Shown here piece after piece: positions 37,690 to 48,598 of a stretch of 64,000 nucleotides of DNA. The notes beneath the pieces were generated by a model. It had not been told where the DNA came from. It ran no database searches and saw only the letters and a program-made list of their open reading frames with translations. Position 1 is the first letter of the stretch. Each line of letters starts with the position of its first letter. Source of the DNA: Leucoraja ocellata (taxonomy: Eukaryota); assembly GCA_036785375.1 (NCBI GenBank), contig JAWMAR010002203.1, positions 62,001 through 126,000 on the forward strand, in the 5' to 3' direction. A program made the translations under genes and the position numbers.

Positions 37690-38450
37690 TTGGATGAGTG
37701 TTGAGGCCATTGTATGTGCGGGGGAGATGGGAGTTGCTTGAGTCTGTGCTTGGATGGAGCGCACCTGATGAAGAGAAGAGGTTTTTGGTGCCACCAAGAA
37801 ATTTGCTTCTCCTTATTTGCGTGGTCATAGACTGGTATTCCAATAAGTCAGCGAGAAACTATGGTGCTGTTTTTTGTTTTGTTTTTTCTCTTCTGTCCTG
37901 CTAATACCTTGCTGTGAAGGAACTTGGAGTAATGGGCCTACCTTGGGATTCTGGTGTTGAGTATGTGAACACAATGACCTGCTAGTTGGAGCTGGTGGAC
38001 TCGGCCAAGATGCAGGGGATGTTGGCCAGCAAGAGGACACTGATTTGGGTTCTTTTTTTCCTGCCAATTGTTAGGTAAGGGTTTGGTGTGATTGTTGGTA
38101 GAACCCCTCCAGTGCTTTGAGGAAATATGTCTCCAAAGTATAGATGTACAGGAAAAACTGCCATCAGGTGAATTTTCTACCAGGTTTAAGGACAATCTCA
38201 ACATTTTCCTCAAGCAAAGGTGCTGAAGACCCTGAGGTGGTGGTGAATTTCAATACTGGTATATATCTTTGGGTTGTCCCCTGCGATATCGAAAGTGGCC
38301 CATGTCCCATGGCATTTTATTTGGGGAGATGGATTTGTAGGTGAGATGTGCTGTTTCAGCAATGAAAATTAAGAAGAATGTTTGGAGTAATGATATGGCT
38401 TTGCTTGACACCAGGTCTGCATTGAGATTTGATCTGTGCTAAACCATAGA
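37690..38450 (-). mobile_element. Decayed RTE-clade LINE 3' fragment
   Basis: Frameshifted minus-strand pieces KRTQISVLLLANIPCI and HQLQLAGHCVHILNTRIPR resemble the RTE C-terminal motifs TNxSVL..ANIPSI and QLRWAGHVxRMxxxRLPK. Confidence 0.6.
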
Positions 38451-38862
38451 AACGTGTAAATGCCTGGTGTAGCAGACTCGTTATCACCCACTAAAGTGAT
38501 AACTGCTCTGACGACCTGAAGGAGCAAAAGCCTGAGGAACTGAACGTCCCAGAGTAGGAATAAAATCTTTGGAAGTATCAAAAAGCCCTTTGCATTACTT
38601 GGCAATGTGAAGGAATTCTATATTAGTTTTAATAGAGTGTTGGGAATATGATAATGATAGTTTATTTTGCATTCCACTTGCTTCATCTGAAGTTTTGCCA
38701 ACTCTGGTGTAGCACAAGGTCCACACAGAGCTGTGAGAAGTGATTTATCACTTTTAGTGGTTCATAATACTGGAGCAATGAATCCATTCTGTTGATGCAG
38801 AATCCCTGACCTCTGGGAATAAACTCCCAGGCAATATTCTTTCCTCAACATTAAAACATTTG

Positions 38863-38990
38863 CTGAAGAAGGGTTTCGGCTCGAAACGTTGCCTATTTAC
38901 TTCGCTCCATAGATGCTGCTGCATCCGCTGAGTTTCTCCAGCACTTTTGTCTACCTTAGATTTTCCAGCATCTGCAGTTCCTTCTTAAAC
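38863..38990 (+). repeat. Penelope-like short repeat (second subfamily)
   Basis: ctgaagaagggtttcggctcgaaacgttgcc. Sister copies at 44424-44542 and 44805-44913. Confidence 0.65.
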
Positions 38991-39189
38991 TGCTTGTCTC
39001 ATTGTTGGAGCTAATTGACTGCTTGTTCTTCCATGTAACCCATTCACACCTTTATGTACCTCCTGCCCTATTGTGCAGATCCCACTTTGGGCTCATTGGA
39101 CATCCTGAAACAAAGGTGGAGTGGATGTACATAAACCTAGATGGACAGGGATTATAGTGAGAAGGCTTTATATTATAGATGTAAAGCAT

Positions 39190-39790
39190 GCTTGTCTATT
39201 GGTCAGGGCATTGAGTGTAAAAATAGACAAGCTATGTTACTGCTCTATTAAGCTTTGGTTAGGCCACATTTGGAGTATTGTGTGCAGTACTGATCTCTGC
39301 ACAGAAAGAATGGAGACTGCTACACCAGGTCTGCTCAGAAGATGTTCACCTTGTCTGCATTAAGCGTATTTGGCTTAAAATTGACAAAACTCGATTATTT
39401 TCTATGATACATAGGAGGATGAGAGGGCGACCTGATAGAAATGTAGAAAGTCATGAGAAAAATAGGGTAGACAATCGATCTTTTCTCCCTCAAGTATTTA
39501 TGTCATATGTTAGAGAATAGAGGTTTTGGGGGAGAGGAGTAACATTTAAAGGAGAGTTGAGGCGTTTTATTTTAACTAATTGGGTGGAAGGTTCCTCTCA
39601 GAAGGCGCTGTCAGGAGAGGTGGTAGAAGGACGTATGATAGCAATATTTGTTGCATTTAGACAGATGCAAGAACAAGCTACAAATAGAGGGATATGTACC
39701 ACGTGCAGGCAGATGAGATTAATTTAGATTGACGCTCTGGTTGGCACAAACATGATGGGGCCCAGGGGCCTGTCCCTATGCTGCTGTGTA
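39190..39790 (+). mobile_element. Old decayed CR1 fragment
   Basis: ttggttaggccacatttggagtattgtgtgcag (LVRPHLEYCVQ-like) and later CR1 motifs, with frameshifts. Confidence 0.7.
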
Positions 39791-42700
39791 AACACAAGCT
39801 CTCTAGTCCCTAACACACCAACGCGTTTGGATTATCACATTTTTTTGGTGACGTTTTACGTGCTATGCTTTGCATACCTGAAACTTTTAATTTGTGATAT
39901 GTTTGAAACTGAGTTAATCTAGAGCAAGGTACAGCATGACCTAGCTGATTACTGTTAAAGCAATGGTGGAAATGAAAGTGGAAGCTGCTTGACTCCTAGA
40001 ATTTAAGTTTAACTAAAATTTGGATTGCACTTTTAAAGGTTGGATCAGCCTCTGGAGCTAAAGTAAGTAATGCATTCGCTGAGAAATCATAAACTGAGAC
40101 TGACAGGTTCTTGATTTGTCGAATGTTACGGGGAGAAGGTGAGAATGGGGTTGAGAAGGAGAGATGGATCGCCCATGATTGAATAGCAGAGTAGGGTCGA
40201 TGGGCCGAATTGCCTAATTCTACTCCAATGACTTATGAACGCATGAAAGACCACTAGTAGCAGAACATCTTTATGTGCTGCAAGAAAATCCGCTCAGGGT
40301 TAAAAATAAAAAACCTTGAACTTTCAAGATGTTTTATGGGGTTCATTAGCAACTGAATACAGTATAGTTTCCATGTTTAATTATATAATCCTAAAATCAA
40401 CATTGAAGACACTCCACGAAATGGAAGAATCACAAGAAGTGTAGGCAGAGCAATACAATATGGATTACCATTAAAAAGGAATGTTTCTGACGAGGGAAAA
40501 TCGGTTTATTGGCAGTCCCCAAGAATGGAATCCGTAGTTAACTGCGGTCTGCTAGCATTAGTTCGCTGCCACAAGTAAACAAACGGGCTTTCTGAAAATA
40601 TATCCGTTTAAATTAGAATCTCCTAAATCCGGGAGGTGCAGAGGCTTCCAAAATCTTTTCACCCTTGTTAATTTCCCTAATTTGTTCTTATTTTTCTAAG
40701 CCTGCATACTTTTTTTTGGCGATGTTTCCCCCCCTTGGTACCTAGTTCTTTGGCAGATGACAGATGTTTTACGTGAATGTCAATGTTGAAAGGAATTTGA
40801 AAGCTACTTCTAAAAATTGGCACAGGTAAGCTATTAAAAATGAAGAATATTCACAGGGAATGCTACTCAAGCTACACGTCTGACTACACTGTCACCATAA
40901 TTTACCAGCTGTTTCCTGGTATGTTCCATGCAATTTCTGCTCAACAAAATACATTAAGAAATCCTAGCGTTCGCCTATGTTGGATTGATCACGGGTTCTG
41001 GAAACAGCCTTGTGACAAGTTATTGTACATAGCTTTCCATTTGAACTAACATTTACAGTATCTTGTGGGCCATCATCATGGAATAACATGCATCACATAT
41101 GAAAAATATACTTCCGATTATTAATGTCAGTGACTGAAGAGCCAGCAATATACTGGAATATTACAGTAGCACATTTTATATGATAAGGTGTTTTAATTTA
41201 CACTTTAAATCATTGCAAAATTACTTAAATATCCTTAAAGGAATGAGTGAACAATCCGTTGGGAGTTGGGCTGGTTGGCTTGGTTTGGACCCTTTAGGTT
41301 CAATGGGTGATCTTTTCTCCTAACAGATTATCTTCTATTTGCTGAAGTGTGACGAATGTACATCAATGTGATGGGTCCTCGGGTACTTGCCAAAATAACT
41401 AGTTGAGGATGAGCTAGTAAGGGATTGCTTACAGTGCAGTCTAAAACCTTCAGTCATTAAAGCAAGGTGGAAAAGCAGGTAGCGTGTGGCCCGAGGCTGT
41501 GTGGAATTGTTACTTTGTTGGAGTATGGGTACTTTGAGGAAACCTGATCTACAAAGTCGTGACACTCCTCATCTTAAATCTTCACCTCGACTGTAGACCC
41601 AGCTCCGTTCACCATTAAGTAGTGCACAGCAATGCAAAGTAAGGTTGATAGATTTGGACAAAAGTAAAATTCATGCAAGTGGAATTTGGTTAGTAAAGAT
41701 CCATCTGAGTTCACAAGTTCATAATTCACAGAATTAGGCCACTTGGCACATCGTCTATTTCGCCATTCAACCAAGGCCGATCTCGGTCCAGATGCAGGCT
41801 CATTCTTGTGCGGTCCCTTTAGGATGGGAACCACAAATAGTGTTAAGCAGCCAAGTACAGAAATCTCAGGCTAGTGGTCAATCGCAACGGATATGAAAAC
41901 CCATGGAATGTTAACCTTTATCCACAGGGATTAAAATGGCTCACAAAACGGTAGATCTAATAAAGTGCTGAGTAGAGATTCTATGGTTAAATTCAATCAT
42001 TTCTGCCCTCTAAATGCCAGGAAAGTTAACTTCGTTCAGGAAGAAGTGCACTGGAGAGTCATCAGAAGAATTTGGAGGTTAGAAGACAATACATCAATGT
42101 ATACAATGGCAATATATTTCCGTTGGCATGGTGTGCAGGGGGAACCCATGTGTGTTGGCATTCTTGTGTGCCTCTAACCTCATTGATCTTGGTGGTGGGG
42201 TTGTGGGATGATGATGATGGGGTTGTGGTCCCTCTGGCTTTGGAGATGGCACACTGCAGCCACGGTGTGCTGATAATGTAAAGGACTTTAATGGTTAGGG
42301 TGATTAATTGAACACCTAAGGCAGTGAAATAAAAAAACTCAAACGGTTCAATGGTTCTTTATTGTCACGTATGCACAGTAATATTCTTTTATATAGCCAC
42401 AAATGCACAGTCGCCATATTTCGAGGCCGTTTATAAAATCCCCGATCCAGCTACGCCCCAGGCAAGACAAGCTTCCATTCCGGTCGTTATTGGACATCAC
42501 TGTGCGAAAATAACTAAACGGTTGTCGGTTTTTTTACTGTGTAATGGATAATCAATATACTGCGTATTAATAAAACTCTTCCATGTATCAAAAATTTCTG
42601 ATTAAGTGCAGCGGGAGCTCCAAAATAACGCACCACGCAATCGTTGCCTTCTGATGGGAGGTGTTGTGTCCACTTTCTTTGCCCCGCCCAGGGAAGTTGA

Positions 42701-43120
42701 TAGTGCATGTAAATGAAGGAACACTCATGTAGTGGCGCGATTCAATAGAAATATCATGAGCTAATCCCCGTGATTAGACTCGAACAGTCAGGCTTGTGCT
42801 TTACCCATGCAGCCCAGGATTAGTACAGAAAATATCAACCTATGGAAATGTTTAGGAGGAAGAAAAAAATCGCACGAGGTCCAATAAAAAAAAAAAAAAC
42901 CCACTGAAACCGCGTTGTTAAACATTGCGAACACTAACTCATAAATCTCTTTCTGGCTCTCAAGGTTTCTGGCAGCGGTTGAGTGCAAACGTCACGAGTA
43001 TCTGCTTGTGTTGAGTCCTATTTGAAACCTGTTCCATCACTTACGGGAATATTTTAAAGCCATCATTATCAATGTGTTTGCACTTTGTGTTTGTCTAGGC
43101 TGCTGATAATTCCTTCCATT

Positions 43121-43370
43121 ACATAGAAACATAGAAATTAGGTGCAGGAGTAGGCCATTCGGCCCTTCGAGCCTGCACCGCCATTCAATATGATCATGGC
43201 TGATCATCCAACTCAGTATCCCGTACCTGCCTTCTCTCCATACCCCCTGATCCCCTTAGCCACAAGGGCCACATCTAACTCCCTCTTAAATATAGCCAAT
43301 GAACTGGCCTCAACTACCCTCTGTGGCAGAGAGTTCCAGAGATTCACCAGTCTCTGCGTGAAAAAAGTTC
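43121..43370 (-). mobile_element. CR1 LINE 3' end, same family as 6453-7110
   Basis: Near-identical to 6458-6706. Shared antisense peptide MIMADHPTQYPVPAFSPYP in the ORF track. Confidence 0.9.
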
Positions 43371-45057
43371 ACATTTGACATTGCTATTTTGATTTATTAT
43401 AATCATTTAACAAATGTCATTTTAAAGGAGAAGGCCACAGCTATTTGTAATACAGTGAAATGCAAGGATAGAAATATTCCTCCTATTTGTATTGGTAATT
43501 AGTTTAGCAATATTATGAATGTCATGCTTGCATCTGACTTTGTAATCTCAGTGTTTTAATGAAGGCATACATTATGTTTGCGGACAAAAGCGAAGTGGGC
43601 ACATAATGCTTAAACACAAGAGGCACGGTGGCGCAGCGGTAGAGTATTCTCCCTGATCCGTCGAAATCCTTCCGAAGCAGCTTGTTTTCTGTACAAACGC
43701 CCAGGCCAATTTTGTGGATTTAAAGAGGCGTATAGTGCGAATTCTGCTGCCCCACGCTCCATTCGCACGCTTGCATATTATGTCGTTGCCCGATCACTTA
43801 TGTCGTGCTATCAAACAGTAGTCTCATACTTTGGGTTACAGATGACACTGCACGTCTAACTTCCTATGCTTGTCACTATAGAGCTTGCTTGTAGCGGGAA
43901 GAAGAAAGGAAGAGGAGGAGTCAGAGGATTGAGGGTGGAGGTAATTGAGACAAGGACTATTGCAAAGTTTAAGAGGCAATTAGACAGGTACAGGGATATG
44001 TCAGATTTAGACGGATATGGGCCAAACGTAGGCAAGTGGACGAGTGCAGATGGGACATGTTGGTCGGTGTGGGCGAGTTGGACTGAAGGACCCGTTTCCA
44101 TACTCAATGACTATATGACTTGTGGGTCGGTTGCCTTTTGCTGTGGAATTAATGGAGCAAACTTGTATTTGATTTGAGCTGAAGATAACAGTTTATGATG
44201 AGAAGATTGTCTTTAAAAAGCTTTCAAAGGCTTGCTGCGATGGAATGGACGGTGCAATTTTAGCTGCTTCGTTCATTGCATGAGCTGGTGCCCAAATGTG
44301 TGCATTGCTTGCAGTGCTGTAGGCAAAGCTGGGAATGTACCCACTGCAAGGAACCTTGCATAGACACACAAATGCTGGTGTAACTCCTAGAGAAAGAGTG
44401 AGAGATAGATTTAGCTCTGAGGAGTCTGAAGAAGGGTTTCGCCCCGAAACGTTGCCTATTTCCTCCATTGCCTCACCCGCTGAGTTTCTCCAACACTTTT
44501 GCCTACCTTCGATTTTCCAGCATCTACAGTTCTTTCTTAAACTGCTTGTCACATTCTTGTTTGTTGGAGCTAATTGACTGCTTGTCTTCCCATGTAACCC
44601 ATTCACACAGCCCTTTATGTACCTCCTGCCCTGTTGTGCAGATCCCACTTTGGGCTCATTGGCCATCCTGAAACAAAGATGTAGTGGATGTACATACACC
44701 TAGATGGACAGGGATTATAGTGAGATCAGAGAAGGCTTGATATTTTAGATGTAAAGCATGCTTGTCTATTGGTCAGGCCAATGAGTAGAAAAATAGGCAA
44801 GCTACCCGAAACGTTGCCAATTTCCTTCGCTCCATAGATGCTGCCTCACCCGCTGAGTTTCTCCAGCACTTTTGTCTATCTTCGATTTTCCAGCATGTGT
44901 AGTTCCTTCTTGAATAGATTTAGCTCTTAGGGCTAAAGGAATCGAAGGATATGTGGTGGGGGGGGGGAGACTGATTTTTCATGACTACATTGAATGGCGG
45001 TGCTGGCTCCGAAGGGCCGAATGGGCTACTTCTGCATCTTTCTTCCATGTTCATAAC

Positions 45058-45095
45058 CAAAGACCCTATAGCAAAGCTTTGCTATAGGATCTTTG
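45058..45095. mobile_element. 38-bp TIR-only DNA transposon remnant with 8-bp TSD
   Basis: CAAAGACCCTATAGCAAAG|CTTTGCTATAGGATCTTTG (18 of 19 pairs), flanked on both sides by TTCATAAC. Confidence 0.75.
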
Positions 45096-45104
45096 TTCAT
45101 AACT

Positions 45105-45845
45105 CAGCGGGTCAGGCGACGTGGGTCACTCTTGACGTGATGACGCAATTCTCCCCCCCCCCCCCCCCCCGGGCCCGGCCACCCGGCGCATGCGCCGCCG
45201 ATCCGGCGACAGCAGCTCGAGCGTCGCGGCAGTTGGGGGGCAACATTTCAAACGCCGACGGGGAGTTAACGGCCGCCCGCTCTCCATGGCGGCCGCGACA
45301 TCACCATCGCCACCGCCGCCCATCGAGGAGACGCCTCTGAACGGTGAGTGGAAGGAGGACGCAGGGTCTTGACCCGAAGCGTCACCTATTCCTTCTGTCC
45401 CTGACCCTCTCCACAGGTGCTGAGTTTGTTTGTGCCCATAATAACCAGCATCTGCAGACAGTTCCCTCCTTTGCAGGAGGGGACAACAACACTTGAGTGT
45501 AGTAACAAGCCGCAACGGGAGAGATTGTAGAACTGACCTGCAGCGGGCAGGCGACCGGTCGAATGTCCCTGCTTCTGCACCTTTCTTCGATCGATGTTTC
45601 CAACCCAGCGGCGGGCTCACAAGCACCGACTCGTCTCCCATTGGAAACGCGGTCTCCCTCCCCCTCCCCCACCGGGTCCACGACAACAACAACAGTAACA
45701 GGGCGGGACCTTACTGGACAGGAAGTGACGTCGGGCTATCGACACCGCCACGGACCAATCGCACGCCGCCGATCTTACGTCATGCCGCGGCGCTGGCAGC
45801 GACCGACCAATGGGAGGCGGCGGAGGGCGGGACTTGGGGGCTACC
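45105..45845. promoter_or_regulatory. CpG island / BNIP3L promoter
   Basis: Visibly GC- and CpG-rich against an AT-rich background. ACGTG (HRE core) at 45119 and 45135, TGACGCAA at 45141, NRF1-like GCGCATGCGC at 45186. CCAAT, GC, ETS and CRE boxes at 45700-45835. Confidence 0.85.
45286..45343 (+). CDS. BNIP3L: BNIP3L/NIX exon 1 (MAAATSPSPPPPIEETPLN)
   Basis: ATG inside the CpG island, donor ACG|GTGAGT in phase 1, joining exon 2 to give ...LN-G-SWVEL. Confidence 0.85.
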
Positions 45846-45864
45846 TGCTGGAGCAACAACAGTG

Positions 45865-46365
45865 GAGCAAATGGTGGTCACAGCTTGGGAGGGTGGTGGT
45901 TGATTACTGCGCAAACACCTCATAAGTGGTTATCTCGCGGTATGGAAGAATATATTGCCAATGGGCCCCCCACCCACCCCCCCAACCACTGTGGCAACTA
46001 CTCTCTCCTCATCCAAACAGTGGCCATAGCTCAGGGGTACAATGCCAATTGCCTCCCCCTCATCCAAATGGTGGCCACACCATTGCAGTTACACAAGACG
46101 TTGGCGAGGCTAATAGAGTATTGTGTTCAGTCTGGGCACCATGTTGTTATCAAATTTGAGACAGTTCACCTGAGAAACAGCTGTGGGCAAGTGGTGGCCA
46201 CAGCTCAGGGGCACTGTGGCAATTGTTCCCCCTCCTCATCCAAATGGTGGTCACAGCCCTGGTCCACTGTCCCCATCTTCATCAGAATGGTGACCACTGT
46301 GGTAATTGCCCCCTCTTCATCCAAATGGTGGTCACAACTCAATGGCACAGTGGCAATTGTTTCCC
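45865..46365. repeat. Degenerate minisatellite (~40-50-bp unit)
   Basis: About 7 partial copies of ctcatccaaatggtggccacagctcaggggcactgtggcaattg. Confidence 0.75.
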
Positions 46366-46404
46366 TTCCTAATCCTGTCTATTTACCAAGTGCTGTCTGG
46401 ATTA

Positions 46405-46812
46405 TAGGGTATTAGCTACAAGAACAGGTTGGATAAACTTGGATTGTTTTCTGTGGAGCATAGGAGGCCATGGGGAGACCTGTTAAATTTGTGAGATGCA
46501 TGGACAATGTTAGACAACCATTTTCTCCAGGTGGAAATGCCAAAAACGAGAGAACATAGCTTTAAGCTGAGAGGGGCAATGAGATGTGCGGAGCAAGATC
46601 TTTACACATAGTGGTGGATGCCTGGAATACCCTGCCAGGGGTGGGGAGTGGACAGGTACAACAGTGGCATTTAAGAAGTTTTTAGAAAGGCACATGGCTA
46701 TGGAGAGAAAGGAGGGATATGGAACACATGCAGGCAGCAGAGATTAGTTTGGCATCATGTTTAACAGCCATTTTGGGCTGAAGGGACTGTTCCTGTCCTG
46801 TACTGTTCTATG
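46405..46812 (+). mobile_element. Old decayed CR1 3' fragment
   Basis: aggttggataaacttggattgttttct ... gggctgaagggactgttcctgtcctgtactgttcta. Confidence 0.65.
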
Positions 46813-48347
46813 TCCAGTCATTTTTTTATGTACCCTCCTCCCCTGCCACATTGGCAATTTATCTCATTATAATTTGTTGTGCACATATTCCTTGGCTTTA
46901 TCCGTGACTCCAGTGATCACCATATTTTGTTGGGAAAAACTGTGTTGGTGACTTTGCACCTTATTTTACCCTTTCTTTTCAAATGCTGACCGCTAAATCT
47001 AGCATACAGCAAGCGGGACAGGCAACATCTCTGGGGAGAAGGAATGGGTCTCGACCCGAAGTCACCCATTCCTTCTCTCCAGAGATGCCGCCTGACCCGC
47101 TGAGTTATTCCAGCATTTTATCTGTGTCTATCTTCGGTTTAAACCAGCATCTGCAGTTTCTTCCTACACAGTTAAATAGCCCAGTTCTGCATTTAATATA
47201 TTATTAAACTGCCAAATTGTTTCTTTAAATATGTTTCCTTTTCTGTCAAGCTTCTGTTTGTGCTCCAGATGATATGATTCCTCCTTTCTGAAGGCTCTGC
47301 TGTCGTGTCTACTATGTGCACAAAATTACTATATGACACAGGAGCAGAATTAGGCCATTTGGCCCATCGAGTCTGCTCCACAAGAGCAGTTACAACACGT
47401 TTATTGCCTCATTTCAACCCTTTTATTGCCTGTTTTGTTTTCCATCAGCCATGCTGGTGTTGGAAAATATACATTCATTATTCGGCTGATAAGTTTGGTA
47501 TTATCTAATAAAATATCTAATAACCATAATAAAGAACTAGTTAGCCCAAACACCTTGTCTGTGATCTGTTAACAGCACAGACTGGAGAAGTGCAGTGTTG
47601 GCTAAACTATAGAATGACGTATTTATTTTTAGAAAGGCATAATATCCATGTTCTATCTCCTGTACATATGCTCTTATCTCATAAGTTTAGTTTAAATAAG
47701 AATATAATTTGAAGCCATAGTCACACAGACTGAGTTTTGTAGTATTTATTTGCTATTTGGAGTAAACAAAAAAAGTCCTACTTGCTGTGCAAGCTGTGAT
47801 TACACTTGGGGGAAGAAAACATTTGGATGAAAGTGAGTGGCATTCTTGGGGAATTCTAAAACTGCTTAAGGAAGGAAAAGGAAGCAATGACGTTTGGGTC
47901 AATGTTCACCAAATTTGTCTGCTGGTTAAATGTAACTTTTACAATAGATTACATGGAGGAGAAAAGTCATGATTTTTGAACTATAATGAGAAATATTTGC
48001 ATTTTAAGTAATTACAAGTTCTTGAAACAAGAAAAACGTGTATCAATTTTTTAAAAGGATTGACACAGCTTTGCTTTTATCCTTGAAATTTTGTTTTTTA
48101 ATATTTGTAAATTTGCCAAACTGGGTCTGAATTGAGGAAAACCACCCAGTTTTTTTTGGAAACAGTTTACATTAGTTTATGTTTGTTTCTTTCTTAATTG
48201 GGAACTCCATTAATATATTTTTCATCCGTGTTTAACATTTTCACTTGTTTGGAGCTTGTTTTCATTAAAACAGGTGACAAATGCAAACTTTTTTTAAGGG
48301 TTTTTTTGTGACATCATCCAAGTTATAAATATAATTTAATTCAGTGC

Positions 48348-48598
48348 TTTGGTAGTGGTAGGAATGCGGTGGGTAGCAGATGGGTGACGTAGAAATGGGG
48401 TGAGAATGGTGGGAGCAGTAGGAATAGAGTGAGAAGCAAGAGGGGTCAGTAGGAATGGTGGAAGCATTAGGAGTGTGGTTGAAAATGTGGGGACAGTAGG
48501 GATGAGGTGGAAAACAGTAGAAATGTGATGGGAAGCAGGTGAGAAGTAGGAATGGAATGGGAAACAGGTGAGTGAAGTGGAAAGTAGGTGGGAGGCGA
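48348..48598. repeat. Purine-rich degenerate tandem repeat (~20-bp unit)
   Basis: Recurrent gtaggaatg..gtgggagca-like units. Confidence 0.6.

Noticed and set aside
43622-43646. tRNA-like sequence ggcacggtggcgcagcggtagag
   Set aside because: Isolated SINE head (A box only) with no cloverleaf. No real tRNA, rRNA or CRISPR array was seen in the window.
45640-45700. LPLPHRVHDNNNSN in ORF 45493-45903, resembling the human NIX N-terminal PPPPLHNNNNN
   Set aside because: Low-complexity CAA repeat with no suitable phase-1 donor found nearby. The exon at 45286-45343 already supplies the ...LN|G junction.
45126-46415. Several long overlapping ORFs around the CpG island
   Set aside because: Expected from stop-poor GC-rich DNA and the minisatellite. 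Only 45286-45343 fits the gene model.
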